A DNA stretch of 64,000 nt from Chrysomallon squamiferum. Taxonomy: Eukaryota; Animalia; Mollusca. Shown one piece after another: positions 55,901 through 64,000 of this stretch. The stretch lies in assembly GCA_012295275.1 (NCBI GenBank), contig CM022669.1:4650001-4714000 (forward strand). Direction: 5' to 3'. Made by a program: the position numbers and the translations under genes. The first letter of the stretch is position 1; each line of letters starts with the position of its first letter. The notes under the pieces were generated by a model that saw nothing but the letters and a program-made list of their open reading frames with translations, was not told where the DNA came from and searched no databases.

Positions 55901-58900
55901 TCCAAATATCCATATGAGCTGTTCTCCACTAGAGGGATACCCAGGCTGCTACATACCAGCAGTCAAATCTAACCTCATCGCCACCCAGATGGACATAATG
56001 ATCTGGAAAGACTGAGGCTAGTTCTTTAAACAGCCCATCAAGAAAGGTGTATGTTGTGTTGGGCACTGGGTTGATCGGACCGTACTGACCATCAGGCTTT
56101 CCCTGCTTGTAACAAGGGGTCAGCAGACCACGCTGACCAGGACCCCAAGACTGCGTGTGACCTAGAAGAACAGATAAAAAATATATATTAATTAAAAAAA
56201 GGAAGTGTGACAAATCTTATAAAAAGATACTTACAGTTTAATTATTATTGATATAAACAGACTGTCAGTATTTATATAAAAACAGATAACTGTTTCGTAA
56301 CATTAAAAGAATGTATATATATAAAAAAAAAATGTAATCACTAAAATAACAGGAATAAAATATAAAATAATGATTAAAAAAAACAAACAAAACCATTCTT
56401 CAAGACTATCAATAATATTTACGAACCTGGGGAATCAAATTCTGGAACGACACGAATTCCACGTAACCGAGCAAATTCTATAATTTTCTGAACGTCTGAA
56501 GGTGTGTACACGTGAGTAACTGGATCAAACGCACCCTACAAGTCACATAATTTACCTTTTAAACTTTTAAATTTTACTTGAAATAAATATACAGTCTACT
56601 GCAAATTAAATAAATGCCATTTTTTATTACTTACAACTTATCAAAAGCCCTATTATGTATTTTCTTGTTTATGGAGAGGGATGTATAAACAATAGATTAT
56701 TGCTAATAAGAGTAGCCCATGTACTGGCAGTAAAAATTATAAATTATAAATAAATAAATAAACAAATAAATAAACAAATAAAAGAAATAAGATAAAGAAA
56801 TAAAAAAGAAATAAATAAAAAATTTCAAAATTAAAATTCACTACTATCATTACTATTATTATTGTGCTAAAGTGACATTCAATATTTATTAATAAATTGG
56901 TCAAAATACCAGAAAATTAGAAAGTAATAGTGTTTACCTTTTCACTTAGTGAAGGAAAGGCTGGACTCTGGTAAGGAAAACTTGTATCATCAACGATGTG
57001 CCAGTGGAAAACGTTATATTTGTTCTGAGCCATTACTTCCTGGCAGAAAAAGAAACAATAGTCTTATAAAACAGTCCATTTATGTAACATAATATAATTC
57101 CTTCCCATTCACTTAATATCGTTTATTTTAATTTAGTTATAGCATCTAAGACATCCGACCCTATCAAATTATGAATCAAATCAGATGCTGTATCCTGTCA
57201 CATGGAATATTTTAATATTTACTATAACAATAGTAAGTGATTTAATGTTTAAAGCAGGTTGTTTATAAATTATATTTCTTTAACTTTTTAAAAACCGTTA
57301 CTGAAGATGTAAATTACTTAAAACTACTGATTGGTTGTTATTTTTAGAAATAATTCAAAAGTTTGGTTTAAAGGATAAACTTACGATGTTGTCGAGAAGA
57401 ATGTTGACAGACACAAAATGGCGCGATGTGTCAACAAGAAGACCTCTGTGTGCAAATCTAGGAAAGTCGACAATATGTGTTTCCTTGACAACAAACTGAA
57501 ATAACAGTGTGAAAATGTTAAAAATAAATCTGTAAATAAACTGAAAGGCCTAGTTTTAACTTTTACTGGAAAGCTTTATTTTAAAAATAGACATAATATA
57601 TTATTTAAAAAAAAAAAATATAAATATATATATGTTTAATCAGTAATTTTTTAAAGACATGAAATTTGTAAGGAAGAAAGAATTAAATTTAAATATAATT
57701 ATCACAAGACTGTAAAACCATTTTGACATAGATAGTTTGAATATTTATAAAGACAAAATAAATCAGAAAATCAGCTCTAATTTTTGTGTTACTGACCTAT
57801 TTCCCATTCCAGTCATAACTCTATAACAAGATGTTCACACATTAGTTTTATGCTTTTCTATTATGTAACAGTTTCAAAAAAAATGTTCTTTTTTAAACAC
57901 CAAAATAATTGTTAGAAAGTTTGAAATCATGAAACTGCCCAGTGGATTTTATCAGGTTTTTTTATATAAAGCTTTTATATTTCATTATATAGCCAATATA
58001 TACTGACACCAAGTAATTGTCAACATTACATAAATGTTGTTAAAAAAATTTCATTTATTCATAGAAAGGGAGTCAATTCCAACCTCTCCTGTTGACTGTT
58101 GAAACACAAGCTGACTAAATGTTTCCAGTCCACGCAAATGCTCCCCAGATTTCATTTGCTACAAGCACTGCTCCTTTTGGTGTGATATCTATGACATCTA
58201 CATAAAAAAAATAAAATAAATAAAAAATAAAAAATAAATTTAAAAACACAATGTTTTGATAAAGAAACAACAAAAAATACAACCTTAATTGATGTATGTT
58301 TAATTATACATGATTCATTATCTACCTGTTTAATTTTCAATATATATATGTATGTGTGTGTGTATATATATATATATATGTATGTGAAATGTGTAAGTGT
58401 ATATCTTAACTACTGGAATGAAAATTTCAGAGTTTATATATGTTTGTTGTGTTTTTATGGACAAATGTATGAATGCATGTCACTGCAGGTGCTTGTATAT
58501 GCAATGTGTTTAACTGTTCGTTTTTTCATTATTATTACTACTACTGTTATTATTGTTGTTGTTGTTTTTGTTCTTGTCCTTGTTTTGTATGTCTGTATAA
58601 GTAAGTAAATGATATAAAACACTTTGATAATTATTTTACAATATTAATTAATAAGTTTAAAATATTTCTCATTGATAATGGTTCTGTGACCTCAAGTTCT
58701 GTATCTATCTATCTGTCTATCATAAACTACAAACTTTGCTAAATTCATTATCTTTTTTATGTCAGATAAACTACTTTATTATCTTTAACACTAACCTGGT
58801 GATACCATTACACTCTAACGTCTGCATATTTAAATAGGATCATGTATTGTTTATAATTTATATGCATGCATTTTTTATGTATGTGCGTGTATGTTTGTGT

Positions 58901-59463
58901 ATGTATGTATGTATGTATGTATGTATGTATGTATGTATGTATGTATGTATGTATGTATGTATGTATGTATGTATGTATATAAAAGAGTAGCACAATAAGC
59001 ACCATGTTTATAAATTTTAAAGTTGTGAAGAATAGTTTAAAGCCAAGTGTGCGAAGTATTTTTACATACATGATTCATTTGAACTTAGTTTCGGATATGC
59101 TCCATCACATGGCACGGAAACAGAAACATCAAGACTAGAAATCAACTGATCAGTAAATTTCAACTGATGCCTTGGTTTGAAGTAAAGTTTTCTATTTTTT
59201 GGTCTTGGCCCGAAAGTCAAATCAAGATAGCGTACGAACGCCGCCTCCAAAATGTCACAGCTCTTATCAATAATATTAAACCGGAAAATTTCGATATCGA
59301 TTCCCACCAACGTCGCTGTCTGACGCATGCTTTGCGGTGCAGGCCATGGTTCACCCTGTGTTATTTCCACATTATTTTGAAAACTAAATCCTTCACTGCA
59401 AGTAAAAAAGAAAAAAAGCACTAATACATGAACGGTAAAACGAAACAAAATCTTTGCCACCAT
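52967..59463 (-). CDS. HEXB: Lysosomal beta-hexosaminidase, GH20, HEXA/HEXB-like (~540 aa, 12 exons; 1-nt insertion at 58136-58138)
   Basis: Exons 59463-59070, 58197-58084, 57495-57385, 57039-56938, 56535-56427, 56161-55957, 55376-55293, 54907-54835, 54608-54437, 54047-53957, 53616-53512, 53030-52967. Signal peptide, [54 protein letters not shown], catalytic [38 protein letters not shown]. Probably a co-orthologue of vertebrate HEXA and HEXB. Confidence 0.95.
58899..58976. repeat. (TATG)n microsatellite
   Basis: Perfect tetranucleotide run in hexosaminidase intron 1. Confidence 0.95.
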
Positions 59464-59478
59464 TTTGACTTCCTAGTG

Positions 59479-59901
59479 AATCACGTGATTATTATCACGT
59501 TACCTAAACTGTCACGTGATAGCAACTTTTAATGGTCGATGATATTCGGATTTTTTATTTCAGTAAAATTATGTGTGGTACTATTGTTTTTGTGCTTTAT
59601 CTTCAAGTTACATTAATATTTATTAATTTAAAATGAAAAATAAAATTTCAGGTTTTAACTAAAACTGTAAATTAATGAATAACAGACATTACAAAATCAA
59701 ATATTAAGAGAAAAAAAAAGAGTGTTGAAAGAGAAAATAATGGAACAAAGAAGATAAAAATTGAAAAAAAAAATAAATAAATAAATAAATAAATAAAAAT
59801 AAAATCCATAAAGTAAATAACCAAGCTGTTATTTGTTGTATAGGTAATATTAAACAGCACATAATCTTTACAAGTGCACGTGCAGCGCAAGGTCACGTGA
59901 C
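59479..59901. promoter_or_regulatory. Bidirectional promoter with a CLEAR/E-box cluster (TFEB/MiT-type sites)
   Basis: AATCACGTGATT 59479-59490, ATCACGTTAC 59494-59503, GTCACGTGAT 59511-59520, CACGTG 59877-59882 and a perfect GTCACGTGAC 59892-59901, in otherwise CpG-poor DNA. Confidence 0.8.
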
Positions 59902-60121
59902 GTGTTAATTCACAGACATATTTTCATCAGTTCATGAAAGGCTGTCGAAGAAGGTGGTGTTTTGTAAGTAAAATTATTAGAAATAAACTGAGTAGTGAAA
60001 TAAGAAAAGAATTTAATGAATGAGAAAAACAAAATTATTATAAGTTGATCTGTATTGTTATTATCTCTTTTCATATGAACTAATGAAAGAAATATATACT
60101 GTATATATTTACTTTTCTTTT

Positions 60122-60156
<35 letters not shown>

Positions 60157-60211
60157 CTTTCTTTCTTCCTCCCCAGGAGGTGTTCGCCGGGTCTCCAGTC
60201 GGGTGTTAATT

Positions 60212-60431
60212 ATGTATTCAACTGTTGTTGGTCTGCTTTTCACTTGTCTGTCCGTCCAGTTGTCTAACGGAGGTAATTTGAATCTTTTCGTCGATCTGTT
60301 ATTTAGCCTCGTATATGTTGTTTAAGTTATTTAATCTTGAAATTTTATTTTGTTGGCTACATCGAACCATTTAGATCTTCGCGCGTTATTAAAAATACAC
60401 TTGTTTGAGAAGATGAGAAGACAGTTTAGAT

Positions 60432-60483
<52 letters not shown>

Positions 60484-62201
60484 GGAGAAATGCAAGCTCT
60501 TAGTATTCGTTCGTTTTCTCTGTACTTTGTTTAATAAATAATTTTATGAACTTTTATTTTAAAATAAAATTAATTTTACTAATATTAATTTAAAATCTCT
60601 ATTTAGTAGAAAATATATAGAAAATGTTGGATTGTGCTGGCTTTTTTATTCAATTTTTTTTTTTTTTATATGAATCATTTGTAATCTATAGACGAATAGT
60701 TCAAACAGAATTTTCGTAACTACCTGTAATCCATAACTACCTCAAAACAAATCTGTACTGTTTTATAAAGCCGAAGTATGAAACAAAACTAAAGGTATTA
60801 TTATTCTGTTGTTTTTTCAGAACTGGCGGGCAATATTGTTACAACAACTGATGTAAAACTTAATATTTACAAAACCCTGATTCTGGATAAAGTTCAGTTT
60901 ATGAATGGTATTGTCACTGGGTTCTACGTGTCGTTCGGTGAAGCGAACTGTCCAGTCAAAGTTCAGCTGTGGCACAGACGAAATTCCTTGCAGTATGAAC
61001 TCTTCTGGGAAAGTTCACCAACGTCCCGAAGTTCTCCTGGTGTAGGATTTGTAAGTGTTGTGAATAATTTTAATTTGTTTTAAATTTTTAAATGTGTTTT
61101 TTTTTTTTTTTTTAATTTTCATCTAATAATGAGAATTTATTTTAAAATTTTCTTAGCTGAGAACATATCAGACGTTTAACTTTCTGCTATTTCGGATGAT
61201 GCTTAAAGACTTGTATTATCAAGAGCTGAATTAGAACCTCTAACGCTGTTACACAACACAGCTAATGCTATAATTAGCCTAGTTTTCTTTTAACCGAATC
61301 CAGATCCAAGTTATTTCAATGATTGTTGATCATCTGCATGGCTCAGTGGTAAACCGTGTGATCCGTATTACATTGTCTCCAAGAGCCTCGTACGTTTGTT
61401 CAGTTCCTGCAATACTGAGTTGTGCAATACGTTAACTATATATTATCATTATCAGTATGTATATATTTTATAAAATTATAGGTGAATGTCAGCACACCAG
61501 TGTTTGTGGTTGGCGAAATCGACCGTCTGGGTTTCACAAGTCTCGATGATGTCTCTTCCTGCATTGCCTTCATTTTGAAGAATAACTCTGAAACTCTCTT
61601 CTGTAAAGAAACACCTGCACTCGGAACACTTCATCCTTTCGCAACTTACCTGGAAGATTACATGTTTGGTCTGCAGATGGAATACACCTGTATGTCAACG
61701 TTTTGTTTTTATTTATAATGAAATAAGCACATACTGCTGTGACATCTTTAAATATGATCTACACACAAGCTAGTGCTCATGCTTTCATTTACAGCCTTTG
61801 GGAAAGTAAAATATGAAATTTTCTGCTAATTGGGTGCCTCATAATTCAGAAATACTTGGCACTATTCTGTTAAAGTATTAAGTAGTATTCCTGATAAACT
61901 GATTTTGATCTCTTTAGTGTTGCTTCCAAGTGTTATTCTAAAAATATTAATAAAATTTAATGCCCTAAATAAGAAAAAATACCGTTAATTCTGGTTTTTA
62001 ATTTTTGACATTGAACTCTTTTTTGAATTTGTTATCATTTTTAAATATTCTTTAAGTGTCTGGAAATGAATTGGCAATGTCTGACCCTCTGAAAAGTGGA
62101 GTCCCAGTAATGAAAGGTTCGTTTTTAACTGATTTGATCCTTATAAAGTATTAATTCATAATTTAATCTGTGATATCAAGATCATACTACAGCAATTAGT
62201 A

Positions 62202-62233
<32 letters not shown>

Positions 62234-64000
62234 CTTCTGTTAAATGACATCTGACGATTTTAAAAATTAATTAAAAATATTAATCAGATATCAGATTTTA
62301 AATAAACGAAACTTTTATTAAATGTGTCCTGAAATTTGATTTAAAATGAATGTACAGAACTTGTTTAAAATGTTTGTTCATTGCCAAGTTACTGTATTGG
62401 TTCTTATCTAACCTGTACAAAAATAAACTCGAGTTAAAAACAGGGACTGTTTGTCACGGTTAGAAACTACACACTTGCAGTTTCATTCTACACGACTATT
62501 TGAAACATTTGTTCTGCAGAAGTGATAGGTTTCCATGTTGACGCTACGAAGACGGCAGCTATGGGAAGAAGTTCTTTGATTCTTGAAGGGCTGAGACTAA
62601 AAGAAGGCTGGCTTCATGGATACAAAGTTCGAATGGAGACGGCAGGTTGTACCATCGCTCTTCAAATATGGTATCCTGATACTGGAAACAAGTACCATTT
62701 GAAAGGGCAGACTATATTTACTTCGGCTTCAACTGGCTACTTTGAAGTAATTTTAATATTTTATTTCTTTTTAACATCAAATATATTTTTGAAATTATAA
62801 TTAAATAAATTTAAAGTTATTTCATTTTTGAAGACCATTGACTACTTTTGGAGACAGTTTTTTTTTATATCTTTACACTGTGTTTGACTTATTTTTGAAT
62901 TTTTGCATAGATAATTTGTACCATTTTGTTATATTTACCTTTGTTTGACACCCAGTAGTCGATATATTTTTTTCAGCTGGGGTGTCGTTAAACATTCATT
63001 CACTCATTTCTTTAAAATAACAAATTACTTGTTATATTAATTCATTCAATCCAGACTGTATGCAAATTGATCATAATATTATACTACTAATATATCTGCC
63101 GTGTTATTCAGTTGAAGATATTAAACATTAGTCTTGGGCCAATATAAACTGATTACGGAGAGATTTATTCTTTCATAGGTTGAAGCAATTATTTCCAATC
63201 GGTTTGCAGTCGATCAAGAGGACAGACTTGGCTTTACCTCCTATCATCAGTCAAGTTCCTGTGTCCCGTATCTGTTCGTGTCGGACATGAAGAGAAGGAA
63301 GCATGCTAAAACAGTCTTCTACCACTTCAGTGGCAGTAACCATCCAAAAGTGAACAGCAGCTACAAATTTATACCCTACCAGACAACGATGCTCTTCGCT
63401 ATTCAGTTAGAAGTTTTAAGTAGGTAGCCGGGATGAATTGTTTAATACATTTCTACCATCTGTTCAATATGCCCGCCATAAGCACAGCAACCAGTGAATT
63501 TGTCACTTTTCAGTTCATGGAAAGAAAATTTAATGCTTAATTAATGTTCCAGGCTTTCTATAATACTGTTGATTTTGAGGAAAGTATGCCCATGATTATA
63601 TCTAATTATTTATTCAGTTGCTGTAGACCAGGTCACAGGAGGAAGTGGACCGCCAGGACTTCCAGGAGCTTACAGGAGCCACAGGACCAGCTGGTTCACC
63701 AGGACTACCAGGTCATACTGGTCCTTTAGGAGAACCTGGAGACAAAGGAATTGATGTAAGTATATCAATAAAACGGACTTCAGATATCTGTTCCAACCAG
63801 AGCTATATGACAATTATCAATGACTAGTATATTGATATTTCGATGTCTGTGGGTGGCGGGAATGCCAGAAAGTTCATCAAATGATCAAGCACACCGTCAC
63901 CGTCACAATCCAAACCTGTTACCAAAACTTTCCTATTTTGCATTACAGGGTGATAATGGTTTACCAGGTCCGACAGGCTTAGGTGGTCCACCTGGAAGTA
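60212..64000 (+). CDS. Secreted collagen-like protein: signal peptide, two tandem uncharacterised ~150-aa domains, then Gly-X-Y repeats (3' truncated by window; 1-nt insertion at 63670-63671)
   Basis: Exons 60212-60272 (MYSTVVGLLFTCLSVQLSNG), 60821-61050, 61482-61689, 62057-62116, 62520-62746, 63179-63419, 63618-63755, 63949->64000; phases consistent. Collagen segment GPPGLPGATGATGPAGSPGLPGHTGPLGEPGDKGID|GDNGLPGPTGLGGPPGS. A probable 5' exon ends at 59963 (gtaagt). Confidence 0.88.
60434..60479. repeat. (TG)n microsatellite
   Basis: Perfect GT run. Confidence 0.95.
62900..63010 (+). mobile_element. 3' tail of a SINE-like element
   Basis: tgtttgacacccagtagtcgatatattttt..gctggggtgtcgttaaacattcattcactcatt ends in a (CATT)n tail and resembles a recalled gastropod SINE 3' end. 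Confidence 0.5.

Noticed and set aside
61339-61400. Possible tRNA gene
   Set aside because: Only an A-box-like motif; no B-box or cloverleaf.

Overview
AT-rich, microsatellite-rich animal genomic DNA with spliceosomal GT-AG introns. A mollusc (probably a gastropod) is inferred from protein style and SINE-like remnants. No prokaryotic systems, CRISPR arrays, rRNA or tRNA genes were seen. Genes reconstructed by hand: (1) an intronless FMRFamide-receptor-like class A GPCR (+, 7097-8418), broken by a 2-nt insertion; (2) the first coding exon of a focadhesin (FOCAD)-like gene (-, 35213-35266), with no further exon recognisable down to base 1, so the GPCR probably lies antisense inside a >35 kb intron; (3) cyclin B (+, 8 exons, 405 aa), head-to-head with FOCAD, with vertebrate-style CCAAT/CDE-CHR promoter motifs and CPE/PBE 3'UTR motifs; (4) WDR41 (+, 14 exons, 456 aa); (5) beta-hexosaminidase, HEXA/HEXB-like (-, 12 exons, ~540 aa, 1-nt insertion); (6) a secreted protein with two copies of an unrecognised ~150-aa domain followed by Gly-X-Y collagen repeats (+, 60212 to window end, 1-nt insertion), which shares a CLEAR-box-rich bidirectional promoter with the hexosaminidase. 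The most unusual signal is a 14-unit minisatellite built from the WDR41 exon-8 splice acceptor: proximal copies are in frame and intact, while distal copies have preferentially lost their AG. The three frameshifts are all insertions duplicating adjacent bases and are most likely assembly errors. All family and orthology calls come from recalled sequence similarity, not from database searches.
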